Source: Styela clava (taxonomy: Eukaryota). From it: a stretch of 64,000 bases of DNA. Of this stretch, positions 23,920 to 38,300 are shown in pieces. Where the stretch lies: the NCBI RefSeq assembly GCF_964204865.1, contig NC_135252.1, positions 11,842,001-11,906,000 of the forward strand, read 5' to 3'. The notes beneath the pieces are model-generated. The model was not told where the DNA came from. It did not search any database and worked only from the letters and a program-made list of their open reading frames with translations. The first letter of the stretch is position 1. The number at the start of each line of letters is the position of its first letter. Position numbers and translations under genes: made by a program.

Positions 23920-26662
23920 AATGTTGTTCTATAAGAATACAATTGCTGTTTATGGCATACAGTATTGGTTGGTTCTAAATTATTACCAACTTGTCACGCT
24001 ATTCAATTTAAGACATAGGTAACCTGGGACGCTAAATTGCGGCTTCTGTCCTAAAATTAAAACCCATTATCCAAATTGCAGCCCTATAGCCATTTATGGT
24101 GGCCATCCAAATAGTGATTTTGACCATATATCATATATATATATACCCATCCCCGATACTGAAGTTTACTAAAATGATAAATAGGCTGGGTAGGTAAAAA
24201 TGTGTACCCACAAATCGCTGAATTCAGATTAGTATGCCTTTCTTTTCTTTTGCACTTTGGTTGGTGACAATAATACGTAATACAACATTCAAACTAAACT
24301 GACAACCAGACGAGAGACCCCATATTTTTCCCTATGGGCTATGAACCGCCATTATACGTTTACATGGAATAAATATGGAAATCCTTATACGAGTCGCCAT
24401 TTTGAACAGGTAATTTTACCAGTTGTATAAGGAATTTTATCCGCGATCAGTTCAACCAGAATCCCCTTGTAGATCATATATAGTTCGGAATATCAACCAC
24501 ATTAAGTCTAAATATTACTTAACGGTTTATTATTAAGTTCACAATGAATTTCCCTCTTCTGGCAAAGGTCTGGTGATAATAACAAAAGCAGTCATGTTCA
24601 TGCCAAATATATGATCAGTTTTAGCGCAAGCGTATATAGTGCTTCTATGCGATGCGCCCCGCAACAACAAGTCTGTGAACGACGTGGCTACATATTTGAA
24701 TGGTCAGCCTCGCGCAAATTACCTCCGCATCAGACTGCAATTAACTGGAGCAGGAATTAACTGCAGACTGGAATTCGTCATCTTTTCTCATTCATTTATA
24801 TTACTATCGCTTGGAACATTCAATTGCAATCAGACTAAAACCCATTATACAGCTATGAGAACTTGGGAAAGGGCCTGTGATAATTTTCATCCAGAATAAA
24901 AATGTTTTTGCTTTGGGTGCTACACATCTGCTTTCCACGTTTGTGAGATAAGAAACTGAACTGAAGTTATTAGGAATATTTTGATTTAGAGCAGCGGTTA
25001 CTGAAGTGAGTGAGTTAATGAGATGGCTACGGATGTAGAAGATCGTTTGTTAGTCAAAAACTCGTCCAAGGAAACGCTGCTGGAATTTTTTTTTTAGGAA
25101 ACACTGATTTAGTGTATATATACTGATTTACTCAAACAGGTTTTACAGCTTCAAAATGGAGACGAAATCTGGATATTAAGCAAACTTGAACACTGATTAA
25201 ATAGTATGTTTTTTAGAAATTGGGGATATTAAGCTTCGACCTAAATATTATATTGTTTTGTCTTTGTCGGTCTTAAAATATAAATCGGCAACGATGAGAG
25301 TATCAAAAAGGATAATCCGATACAATTGTTATATTCAGCCAGCAGATAAACTGTACAAGTATAAAATTATGACCTGTCTGTTGTGCAAAACTGTCGGAGT
25401 CCAATAGAAACAGTGTAGGCAGTCGCGATCGCGCTCATATTTTGAATAATTTGAATAATTTGGAGATAGGAAACCGGACATGCAATGATTGCTTTGGTTG
25501 AAGACGCACATTTATAGAATACGTGCAATTAATATGTCTTATGTTTTTAATCAATTTCAGTAAGTCGATGACTCTCATCTTCGAGGATTGACCAAAACAA
25601 ACTTTCTATACATTGTACACAAATCGGCTGCATATTAGTGCTACATTGGTACTTTTTCTGGTTTGTCTTGTTAAATATAGTTCAATATTTGAAGTTCAAT
25701 ATTTGGGTTGCTACTTCAGCGCGAATCATCTATAACGCATCGTCGTAGTCATAGTCATAGTCAAGTTTATTTTTTCCAACCAGTAAAATAATGAATGATG
25801 CAAAAAATAAGCAAAAATTCAAGAACATGATTTTACTGGGGAAGGGAAGCCGTGGGGAACCAAAGTTGGTTATCTAGCAGCGGCACCCAATATTCAACTA
25901 TCTAATTAACATATAATTTTAGTAGATCAATATAGCATAGTATAGTTTAGCCGTAAATATATACTAATACGGTTTAACGAGAAATCGTCATGACACTAGG
26001 GTGTATCTGAGAGCCACGCAATACATCAGATAGTAATTTGGGGTATTCCCCGTTTCGTAGCTTACAGGCAGTGAATAAAAGCGTGTTATGGCGAAATATT
26101 CGGGAATTTGTAGTGGCTCAGTTATCACAACCAAATTATGATAATCATCAGTTGTAGTGGACTGGACAACGGGAGACAATGAAGAAAGAACAGGTATAAA
26201 TGACATAAATCTATTGAAGCAGATGTTTAACATGCCGCACAGTACCGTACCGGTACCGGTAACGTGATGAATAATATTCTATCGTCTGTACAGACGCACT
26301 GGACTGCACAATATAAGTAACAAATAAGTAACAAACAAAGTAACAAATTGTCTATTTATAAGTTATCGCTTCAATAGCCAATATCTGCATTTAATTCTGA
26401 CACTTTTAAAAAATGCGTATGCTGAAACTTATGTCTCGACAACAATTCAGAATTAGTAATAGTTTCGTTTGTGTAACCAAAACATAAATGATTCAACCCC
26501 GTCCAGTTCCTTTGAAATTATTCAACGGCTTGATGCATATACACATTGATTTCGGTTATTTTCATCCGTTAAAAGACATTTTCTAAAGAGTTTATTAAAA
26601 TTATCAACTCAAATATCAAGAAAATTAATCCATTGATAGATTTAATGACATTTTGTTAATGC

Positions 26663-28794
26663 TTAATCAAATTTGAATTCCATATACACTGACAACATTA
26701 TAGCAATGAATATTGCAAATGACGGTGCAATTATTTTCGTCCCAGAAGTTGTAAGGTCAGGAGATTCTGCAATAAACAAATAATATCTTAAAAAGTCGCA
26801 GGAAAAATGCAAATAGAATTTAAAAATCTCCTCCTATTCAATTATCTTTTTAGGAAGAATAGCCCTGCGTCTACTTTTTTTTAATTCACAAAGCAGTTCA
26901 GGGGGGATATACGGTTATTTACATTCCACTCCTTTTTGTTTGTTAACACTGTGTTGGACACGTACCGCGAGGATAAGTAAATGAAACAAGAAAAAATGAA
27001 CGAGTAAAATCACAAATATGTTTTACAAAATATAGCTTTCGTCAAAGATAGAATTTTTATCAATTTTTTCATGTCGTTAAAAAGCAGTGAAGTGCCAGGA
27101 TTACCACATGGGAAGTCGACCCAAATATTATAAATAAAATTCATAGAAATAAACATCTGAGACTGGAAGGTTTGTTTTTAGAATCCACACCATCTGCTTG
27201 ATTGAATACACGCAAGAAAATTAAATTGATCCTTTGATCCTTAAAACGAATTTCAACTCCAAAAATTCATATATACTAATAATTCACTTTTTCACTGATT
27301 TATTATTTACGTATTATTTACGATTTATGTATTATTTACCTGATGCCGTTACGACCGTGGTTTCCGGGCTATCATTCATAATAACGCCATTGCAGCTGTT
27401 AGTGTCGCAGCATCGAACCTCGCACGATCTAAATTAAATCATGTATATTGTAACTCATTGCATCTATAGTTCAAAAATGCGCTTCTAACCAGACATAAAA
27501 TGCTTTCGATTAACTCGTACCACGCCAATAGTGTTGAGGGTATATGTGCATGAATTGTCAATCGGGTCAGATTTTTTACATTGACACGGGATAAATAATT
27601 TGGGACTTGGATTGGGTGAACCTTTTACACATCTGGTTGAGACATATATATACTTGAATTGTACCGTACTCGATCGGTGCTCAATTTATGAATAACACTT
27701 GTATGAGTAAATTATTTTTTAAATGCAGCGGGATAATTTAGTAAGTAGGCCTGTGCACCCCAGTTTGATGTTTTCATGTCGAGTTGATTATTACCCTATA
27801 CTGAATAAAAAAAACCAAAATACTTGATTGAATTTTGTATATATCATATGGAATCTACAATAAATATCAAAAGAGGCGCGTTAAAGTCTATATTACCGTT
27901 GGAGTAGTCCGCGAGTAAGAAACTTTGGCTTCCGAATCTGTTCAAGAATTTAGGGCAAAACGTTTTTTTTTTTTTCAGGTAAGGCGGAGCATCCTATGCA
28001 ATACAATGTAACAATTCATCTAATATTGTGTGGTTTGTAAGACGAACTGGAATACAGCTTTGAATTAGTTACAAATGTTGAGATCTTACTTTATCAGTAC
28101 TTCATCTGCTTGGATACCTGATGCGTAGTTGAGTAGCGTGTCTTTGTAATCATCGCATGTTATTTCAGTGCAATTGCTACGAGGATGGCAATTCATATAC
28201 ACACCCTGTGCATCTTATAAAGAACACAATAAATATATATACAAGATCAGAAACAATTCAAATGTTCTGGTTTATTATTTACACCATTTGCCCAAAAATA
28301 TAAAAAAGAAAGTTTGACTCGTATTAAAGATAGAAAGCAATAGAAAATCACAATCTATATATATCCATTAATAACAGGTATAGTTACTTGTTTATTATCA
28401 CATAATAAGTTAATAATTTGTTAATCAGAAAATAGCACTTTGATCTTGAATAACAGTGGAGCATTTTCATTTTTGAACTGAATTCCATCAGTCCTTCAAA
28501 GTTATGCTAGGTCGCAATGTTAAATATATGATAATTTTCAGAGGGGCGTTTTCGCTATCAATTCGCTTTATGGAACTTACCTTTTATTACGTTCAATGAT
28601 ATCACTACCTCCATTCGGAAACATACAGGATCTAGCGTCATCCATGTCGTGCAATTTTCGACGACTGTACTTCTGTTTTCTGATATGTCCGGAATTGTTA
28701 GTTCATAACCCAGTTCACATTCAATACCTTGTACAGGATTGAAATCGGGACAGCTAACAAACATATACAATATTAGGAGATCAAGTCGAGGCAT
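26663..28794 (-). CDS. Three-finger GPI-type protein B (~176 aa)
   Basis: Exons 28794-28581, 28213-28090, 27428-27340, 26766-26663, in frame. IECELGY..ENC..PVCFR..MNCHPRSNCTEITC..SCEVRCCDTNSCN; short S/T stalk; hydrophobic tail. Confidence 0.88.
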
Positions 28795-29452
28795 TGCAAG
28801 TCAGGATTCTATACTTTATAAAGCTATTTTCATTGACAATATTACCATAAAATTACTGAGGATATATATGAAGTCACTCTGAAAAAAGTGAAGACAGAGT
28901 ATTTGATGTTAAATTCTTCTTTATTTTGAACTAATCCTCTACTCAACAGTGTAGGAAATTCCCTTTTTAGATAAAATATTATGTAGATCTACTCATCTAA
29001 AAATTATATAAAAAAAGAATAAAAATAAAGGGAGAAAATCAGAGAACGATGCCCAAATATGTAGACACGAAGACTAAAACAAAGTTGTACGGGTATGCTA
29101 TCTGTCACCGTAGACTATCTGTAATACCTGACCACCGAATTGCTACGCGAAGGCGATACAACGTTCGCAATTTTTTATTTTAATGACGTCAACGCTCACA
29201 AACAAACGAATTTCTTAGAGCCCATGGGAACTTTTGGAATCAATAGAAATAATAGACTTCCAGCGAAAGTGCAATCGTACTTTATAGGGCAGAATTTAAC
29301 TGATGAAAATTACGGTAAAGTGGTGTATTCCCTACTCAAACTTATCTCGCCAAGTTCCATACTACTGACAATCAATAAAATCCCAATCATCTTTGAATGA
29401 TCAAAACCTAAGATGATATTTTGCAGACGGAATTATACAAGATACAAAAAAC

Positions 29453-29562
29453 GGACCTCCAGAAGTATGTCCACCAAGATGGCGCACAACCTAAACATAG
29501 TAGATGTTCCCGGTTAGGGTTCAGGTTGTGCGCCATCTTGGTGCACATACTTCGGGAGCGCC
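29453..29562. mobile_element. Merlin-like MITE (short form)
   Basis: Palindromic, GG...CC termini, flanks caaaaaac/caaaaaat; absent at the paralogous site ~36125. Confidence 0.8.
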
Positions 29563-30164
29563 CAAAAAATTATGATATGAGCGATTCGACAACAAAGATA
29601 AATGTAAAATGCAGACATTATTTGTGTACAAACCACCATCGTTCAACAAGAATTTCCTTTAATAATCCTGGAATGCCTCATTCTGCGCTATCTTACTCAT
29701 TCTTCGGGTTATGTACATTTTCCGTCTTGTGAAAGCCATTAAATGATTTTTATCTGTTTGTTTAATTTTTATATCGTACTGAATCACCTAATAATCAATT
29801 TCCTTCCGGAGTATGGGTTTCAAAGAGTGTGCTTTACCGTTTAAACAAAGAGCAATTCAGTGTTGTTAATTTTGACTATCGGTTGTTGCCGTGGTGTTGC
29901 TGGGTAAACAGAACATCTTTCGATTTCTGTCATTGTAGTATGATTGCTTTTTTCAAAAATAGATTTCTGAAAAGAATATAATGCATCATATTTCTTCATG
30001 TTAAAATACCCACGAACACACAATGAAACAAAATTCTTTGAACATATGTTGTTTATTCTGTTTATACGGGGCGTTTACCACAATGAAAAGTGCAAATACT
30101 GTCTTCCAGATCATTATTTAATCTAAAGTATTTGGTACCTTTTTGAATACAACAAGGTGGAGAG

Positions 30165-30400
30165 GGTGCTCCCGAAGTATGCGAACCAAGATGGCGGACA
30201 TCGGAACGTAACATGGGTAACAGGTTAGGGTTAGGCGATAAATTTTTTCCAATTTTCCTTATTTTAGTCCTTTAATCAGTTCGAAGACTAGCCAAGAGCC
30301 TCCCGTAGTATTTATACCTAAATTTATGGCCTAACCCTAACCTAGTACACATATTACATTCCGATGTCCGCCATCTTGGTTCGCATACTTCGGGAGCCCC
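30165..30400. mobile_element. Merlin-like MITE (long form)
   Basis: TIR GGTGCTCCCGAAGTATGCGAACCAAGATGGCGGAC; perfect 8-bp TSD GTGGAGAG; empty site at ~36730 in the duplicated segment. Confidence 0.9.
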
Positions 30401-30522
30401 GTGGAGAGACTTGTTTTTATTGCGGCAACGAACAAAAAACCCTGAATTACAAAGGATTTGTAAACGGAACAAGTTACGATCTCATTTATTAATACTTCAT
30501 GATACCATGTTCGGAATAAATT

Positions 30523-30618
30523 TCAAAAGATAACAATACAGACAACCACAAATATATCTTCGGGTAGCGCCAATGTATAAAGAACAAAGGAAGATGAAAT
30601 TATATCAAGTCGAGGCAT
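30523..30618 (-). pseudogene. Collapsed chimeric mini-ORF 1 (gene-B start fused to C/D-type tail), 31 aa
   Basis: MPRLD (as gene B, with B-like upstream DNA) joined to IISSSFVLYTLAL (as gene C last exon). Confidence 0.7.
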
Positions 30619-31269
30619 TGCAAGTCAGGATATTATGCCTTAGAAAACTGTATTCATTGACAATATTATTATAAAATTACTAAGTTTTTCATCGGTTTGT
30701 TCAAGTTTTATATCGTACTGAATCATTAATCATCAATTTCATTTCGTTTATGAGCATATGGAATGATGATGCATATGAGTATAACTTGAACAATAAAATA
30801 CAAATTTTGTGCCGATATCATTAAAAATGCGCCCACAAAGCCGAGTTTATTGATAGTGGTGAAATGTTTCGTATGTGTGTCCGCAGTTATCTGTGTGTTC
30901 AGTATCCATTCGTTTTTGTTTATGACCTCATTACCGATCAGTCAGTCGACCGCAAGCTATTTTGAAGATTTTAGTCGATCGCGGTCAAAGCAGGTTGGCC
31001 ACCCCTGATTTAGATCATACAATTCAGATTTGTGACCTGCCTAGTTTTTAGTCGTAAGTGTTGAAATTTCATCTTGCTAAGTGTTATCTAAACTGCAAAA
31101 AAATAAATATTCTCAAACCATGATTGTAAAATTTGAACAATAACCATTTGCTAGACTAAGTATGATCTGCAAATAGAATATGTCTTTCATAACTAAAGAT
31201 GTAGACGGGGTTTACACAATTATTCTCGCTCTTTGCATAAGTGAGATACGTCAATGAATGTTTCAAAAC

Positions 31270-33097
31270 TTAGCATATTAAGCAAAGTAGAGCCAATATA
31301 TAGAGAACAAAGGAAGATGAAATTATATCAGTGCCGGATGTTGTTTGTTCCTGTCCAGCCGTTGGTGTCGAAATCGGCGTTTCTGTAACAAATAACTTCG
31401 ATTATTTATAAGATACTGTTGTAAAATTTTCAATGACGAGAAACTTACTTGATGCATCCTCTATTACGCTAAAGGAACCTTCAGTAGAAAACTTTGCAGC
31501 GTCGGTTGTCTCTAAAGCTTTAGTTGTAAGTACCACAGGTCCGAGTAGATCCATCATGTTAATGTAATCTTCATTGCATTTGTTGGTGTTGCAGCATCCA
31601 ACAGAGCACGTTCTATCATCAGAAAATGCAAATCATTATGTAAAACCTGCGTAAAGCTATTTACATATTAGATATCTCGTCTATCAGAATCTCCCTCGTG
31701 TCTTCTGCCAACTGCGCCCTAGTTCGCTTATGCATTTTTACCTTGATTGCCACCTAGCTTCCGATATTTATCAGCTTTTACTCTTACAGTTTAATAGACT
31801 GTAGATTATTGACGCATTTCATGATAGTCGCTTAAATTGAGGGTAAATCATAAGTAAGTTTGATACATGCTCGATGCTCATCAGAGTTCACACATCAGAG
31901 CAATTTTATTTGGTAATAATAACCCTTGTATGAGAGAAAGAGATTTATTTTTTTTGTCAACCGAAATAAAATACCAGTCATCGTAATAATAATAAGTAAT
32001 AAATTAGTTTGGTATAGACAGGAGGGAGTGATACGACCAAACGGTCATCGAAGTCATCTTCCCCGTGGAAGCCGAAGGTACTTTATACTCATAACACTGT
32101 TAGATATAAGGTTATATGTTTATTATTGCGAAAAGGTTCTCACGTGATGTCAATGTCTGAAATACTACTGCCAAAGCTCGACGCTTGCAATTCTTGGAGT
32201 ATTAGTTTTTTATATTGGCCGCAAGTTTGTTCAGTGCAGTTGATACGAGGGTGACATCCACTATACATGGCCTCTCCACCTGAAAAAATATTAAGTACCT
32301 ATCATATTTTTAATAGGCGAGCGTGGGATTTGATTGTACAATAAAGTGAATGTATCATGAATATTCAAAGCGATTTTTGATTCATTCTTAAAAATATAGC
32401 TCAAACCAATATGTTTCTCTACTCAGTCCATAGTACAGGACACAACGGCAAGGAGTCAAATGGACCGCTATCAGCATATATATCATAGGTAATTTATTCA
32501 AACCAAACCGCTATTTTGCTATTGGGTAGATAAAACAGAAGCGACATTTAACATATAATGAGAACTATAAAGCAACAACACAAAATAGTAAATTGGTAAT
32601 GAGTAACGTCGAGTGAAAGCTGGATAAATGGGCTTCGACGGGAATACATGTAGGATGGTACATGATAAGCCAGTTTCGTGGAATGAGTTTGGTAAAAGTT
32701 CTGATTTTGTTGACACAGTCCTGTTGTAAGTGGACTTATGAATAACTACATAATAAAAAGAGCAATCAAGTTCCTCAGTACCACAGGTCCTCTATAGTCA
32801 TCTGTTATTACACGACTATGCTGCTCCAAGTGAAGCAACAACTGATTTTACTGAACAACTTAACTTACTGATTGTGAACCCGTGATATGAAATACTGGCG
32901 GTTGATTCAATCCGAAAACACACAGGATTCGAGGTTGTCCACTCTGTGCAGTTCCCTGTGGTTATACTCGTCAGACCACTTACAAGTGACGAAGTAGATG
33001 TTACTTCATATCCTTGTTGGCACTCTATACAATTGACCACGGTCATCTCAAAAAGCAATATCGATGCGAAAACCGACTTCCAGTATTGCCTCGACAT
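31270..33097 (-). CDS. Three-finger GPI-type protein C (~213 aa)
   Basis: Exons 33097-32869, 32279-32144, 31612-31449, 31382-31270, in frame. IECQQGY..GNC..PVCFR..SGCHPRINCTEQTC..TCSVGCCNTNKCN; S/T stalk; tail IISSSFVLYILALLCLIC*. Confidence 0.9.
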
Positions 33098-33599
33098 TTT
33101 AGTTATATATAACGAGTCTTACATGTAAAATAATCTGAAAACCTGGTTGTAAAGTAATTATTTGTAAAACTTCGTTAAAACTGATACCTGGATGGCTGCA
33201 TCCTGATAAACCATCTCATTCTTTCGATGTTTTTCATTTGCGTAAGTTAGTAAACATATTATTGATCAGAATTATTTCCCAGTGATTATCATACGACTTA
33301 AAATATATGTGAAGACATGGAGGAAGGCTGAGTTGACATTGTCAGATCTCATTAGTTATTGCATGTTTCCAATATACCAGTGGTGGCCAACCTGCTTCCA
33401 ACCGCGAGCGACCGAAATCTTCAAAATAGCTCGCGCTCGACTGATAGGTAATAACGTCATACACAAAAACGAGTGAGTACTGGATATGCGGTTAACTGCA
33501 CACAGGCATACAAAAAAATCCACCGCTACCAGAAAATTGCCACAAAATTTGTCCTTTTTTGTGTCCCATTTGATTTGTCAACTTGATTAAGTGTAAGTG

Positions 33600-34740
33600 T
33601 TTCATCATTTATTTAAGAATTATTTAGAATTTAGATCATACACTTCTGATCTGGGGCCTGCCTAATATTTAGTCGTAAGTGTTGAAAATTGATCAAAACA
33701 ACTTGCCAAATATTATCTACACAGCGGGAAATAAATATTCTCAATTCATAAATGTTCTGTACTAAATAACTGTTCAAACATTAGCATCTAATTTACAATT
33801 TCTTTCAAGTCCGATTCTTTACTCACTTGGAATTAGAATATTTACGCTACCGCTACCATTGCGAATAAAATAGAGTAAAACAAAAACTTCCGCATACTGC
33901 GAAAGTTATTGGAGGATCGTTTTTCAGTCAAGGCACACGATATTCGACACGTTGGTTTCTAAACCTTGGCAGTGAGAAACTTGCATTTGTTACATGCTGT
34001 TAGATTTGATCTCACACATTTCGCCACTTATATTTCTTTATTATCTTACCAATTCCAGACAAACAATGTTCTATCTTTATTATTTCATGTTTATAGTGAC
34101 TCATTATTGCGCCAAAGTGAAGATATAAAACGCAAGATAACGCGCTTCTGATTCTTTTTTCTATGCGATATACCAGGGGTGGCTGACACGTCGATCGTCA
34201 CTTCTCGAGCAGTCGATCGCGTCTGATGTTGAGTGAATTTTATTGAAATATCACCAAAAATTTCCTCGAACCAGTTGTGTGTTTTACAACAGAAAAAATA
34301 CAGTACTTTACATGCACAAAATACAATATACACATACAATATTTGAGTCTGGGCAATCCCGATAAAGAATATTATTACGTAACAAATGCAAGTTTTTTCC
34401 GCTGCCAAGGTTTAGAATGAAGTGCCGAATATCGCGTGTCTAGACTGACAAACAATCCTACAATAACTTCCACAGTATGTGAAAGTTATTGTCTCACTCT
34501 AAGAGTAGTGGGATAAATTTTATTCGCAATGGTAGCAGTGGCATCAAAATGCCCAATTTGTTCTAATTCTGAGCAAGTGAAGAATCGCGTTTAGAGGAAA
34601 TTGTATATTAGATACTGAAGTTTGCGCAGTCATGTAACATTCAAGGCAAGGTTTCTTGAAGAATTTTCAACACCACTGAAAATTAGGCACGTTCTTCATC
34701 TGAATTGTATGATTTAAATAAATCTTAAATAAATGATGTG
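33600..34740. repeat. Degenerate ~350-bp inverted repeat pair
   Basis: 33600-33993 is the diverged reverse complement of 34379-34740 (aaaccttggcagtgagaaacttgcatttgttac vs gtaacaaatgcaagttttttccgctgccaaggttt). Confidence 0.75.
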
Positions 34741-35306
34741 CTACTGAATACTACTGTACTACTGAATAAATGATACTAATGAGTGCTTGAGCATTCTTGA
34801 AAAGATAACTCGAACTACCGGATATGAGCAATAAGATTTCGGATGTAATGTTATTTATTTGCTACCCACAACAATCGGAGTTCACAAATGACTTCGATGA
34901 TTTCATTGTTTCATTGTGTTACCACACATACCATATTTTGATAATTGTAACGGAAAACTTTTCATCTATTAATAATTTAGGATACCATGTTCGGAATAAA
35001 TTATAAAAGGTAGCGATACTGACAACCACAAATATATCTCCGGGTAGCATGGATGAAATACGTTGCGTAGCCAATTGATATAATGGACTGAAGGTAGTCA
35101 TTATGGATTTTATAACTACACATTGTTGTTTTCATTATCGTTTAAATGACATGTAAAATTTGAACAATAACCATTTGCTTGAATAAGATGATCTGCAAAT
35201 AGAATATGTCTTTCATAACTCATGCTTAACAAAAGGTGTAGACGAGGTTTACACAATTAATCTCTTCCTTTGCCTGAGTGAGGTACATCAATGAATGTTT
35301 CAAAAC

Positions 35307-35378
35307 TCAGCATATTGAGCAAAGTAAAGCCAATATATAAATAACAAAGGTAGATGAAATTATATCAAGTCTAGGCAT
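35307..35378 (-). pseudogene. Collapsed chimeric mini-ORF 2, 23 aa (MPRLDIISSTFVIYILALLCSIC*)
   Basis: Gene-B-type upstream region and first codons fused in frame to a C/D-type terminal exon and its 3' UTR (~35150-35306). Confidence 0.75.
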
Positions 35379-38300
35379 TGCCAGTTCGGATATTATGCCT
35401 CATAAGGCACAACTATTTTCATTGACAATATTATCATAAAATTACCAAGTATATTTATGAAGTCACTCTGAAAAATGTTAAGACAGAGTATTTTCTATGA
35501 AATTCTTTCTCATTTTCAAACAATCATCGACTCATCAGTGTAAGAAAAGTCCTATTCTAAAGAAAATACCATGCAGATCTAATCAACTACAAATTATATA
35601 AGAAAAAATATGAGAGCGATGCTCAAATATAAAAAAATAAAAGTAATAGCCTTCTAGCGGGAAATACAATCTTAACCATTGAAATTTCGAAGCAATTGGT
35701 TCAGTATAGGTAATGAAAAAAGCGATTTTTTTTTCGTAACAACCAAAAAAAGAAAAGAAAATTCTAAAAACGACAAATATCAAAACGATCTTTATGTCAA
35801 TTTCGTGTCCGAAGATGACAACTGATTTTTCGTTACGTAGGCAGTAACGCTATGATCACACAGAACTGACATTCTCTAACAAAAGCTCTATTGTTCAATT
35901 TTAGTAGGTCTTTATAATATAACGAGGTACTGTGAGTTAATTAGTGCAATCGTAGTTCCGGATATGATTGATAAAAATAACAGAAAAGTAGTGTATATAT
36001 TTCATTTTTAAACTTTTCTCACCAAGCTTCCGTACTAATATATATGCTAAATCCCAATGCTAATATCAATAAAATTCCAATCATCTTTGAATGATATTTT
36101 GCCAGTAGAAATCATACAAGATACAGAAAATGATTGAAAATGAACGGTTTGACAATAGAAGTAATTGCAAAATGCAAGTAATATCTGTCAACAAACCACC
36201 ATCGTTAAACGAGAATTTCAATTAATTATCTTGAAATCCTTCATTCTTGGCAGCTTTCCTCATTCTTCGTGGTATGTACATTTTCACCTTGTGAAAACCA
36301 TTAAATGTTTTTCATTTGTTTGTTTGAATTTTATATCGTACTGAATCATTTTTATATTATTATTATATAATCAATTTTATTTCGTTTCTGTGCATATGTG
36401 TTTTGAAAAGTGTGCTTCATCGTTTTGAACAAAGAGCAATTCAGGGTTGTTGAATTTGACTATTTGATGTTACCGTAGTGTCGCACTTATAAGTAAAATG
36501 TATCTCTCTCGATTTCAGCCATTGTAGTATGATTGCTTTTCCAAAAATAGCTTTGTAAAAAGCTAAAAAATGAAGCATCAGATTTCCTAATGTGAAGATA
36601 CACAAGAACACACAATGAAACAGAATTTCCTAAAAAAATTTGTTGTTTATTACGTCCACAATCAATGATGTAAATATTCCAGATCATAATTTTACCCTCA
36701 CGTGTTTGGTACCTTTCTGAACACAACAAGGTGGATATAAATCTGTTTTATTAGGGCAACAAAGTTTAATGCTAAATTACAAGGACTTCGCCAACGGAAC
36801 TAGTTACGATCCCGTTCAATATTACTGTACTTTACAGTACCATGTTCGGAATAAATTTTAAAAAGTAGCGACACAGATAATCAGATATATATATATCTTT
36901 GAGTATCAATGATGTAATACGTTGCGTATAGTCTACTGATCTGATGAAGCTTTGATGTTAGATTGTTGGTTAGTCATAAAGGATTGCGCATCCACACATT
37001 GTCTTTATAAAAATTTGAATAGAATAATATGTCTTTCATAACTCATGCTTAACGAAAGATGTGGACGAGGTTTATACAATTAATCTCTTTCTTTACATGA
37101 GTGAGATACATCAATGAATGTTTCAAAACTTAGCATATTGAGCAAAGTAGAGCCAATATATAAGGAACGAAGGAAGATGAAATTATATAAGTGCCGGATG
37201 TTGTTTGTTCCTGTCCAGCCGTTGGTGTCGAAATCGGCGTTTCTGTAACAAATGACTTTGATTATTTATAAGATACTGTTGTAAAATTTTCAATGACGAG
37301 AGACTTACTTGATGCATCCTCTGCTACGCTGAAGGTACCTCCAGTAGAAAACTTTGAAGCGTCAGTTGTCTCTAAAGCTGTAGTTGTAAGTACCACAGGT
37401 CCGAGTAGATCCATCATGTTAATGTTGTCTTCATTGCATTTGTTGGTGTTGCAGCATCCAACAGAGCACGTTCTATTATCAGAAAATGCAATTTATTAGG
37501 TAAAACCTGCGTAAATTCATTTACATATTAGATATCTCGTCCATCAGAATCTCCATCGCGTCTTCTGCCAACTGCGCCCTAGTTCGCTCATGCATTTTTA
37601 CCTTGATTGCCACCTAGCTTCCGATATTTATTAGCATTTACTCTTACAGTTTAATAGACTGTAAATTATTGACGAATTTCATGATAGTCATATAAATTGA
37701 GGATTAATCATTAGTAAGTTTGATACATGCTCATAAGGGTTCACACATCAGAACAATTTTATTTGGTAATAATTACCCTTATATGAAGGGTACGATATAC
37801 TCATAACACTGTTAGATATAATGTTATATATATGTTTATTATTGCGAAAAGGTTCTCACGTGATGTCAATGTCTGAAATACTACTGCCAACGCTCGACGC
37901 TTGCAATTCTTGAAGTATTAGTTTTTTATATTGGCCGCAAGTTTGTTCAGTGCAGTTGATACGAGGGTGACATCCACTATACATGGCCTCTCCACCTGAA
38001 AAAATATTAAGTACCTATCATATTTTTAATAGGCGAGCGTAGGATTTGATTGTACAATAAAGTGAATGTATCATGAATATTCAAAGCGATTTTTGATTCA
38101 TTCTTAAAAATATAGCTCAAACCAATATGTTTCTCTACTCAGTCCATAGTAGCCTACAGGACACAACGGCAAGGAGTCAAATGGACCGCTATCAGCATAT
38201 ATATCATATGTAATTTATTCAAACCAACCCGCTATTTTGCTATTGGGTAGATAACACAGAAGCGACATTTAACATATAATGAGAACTATAAAGCAACAAC

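Noticed and set aside
17745-30345. Interstitial telomere (TTAGGG)
   Set aside because: Only 1-2 units, always inside MITE arms.
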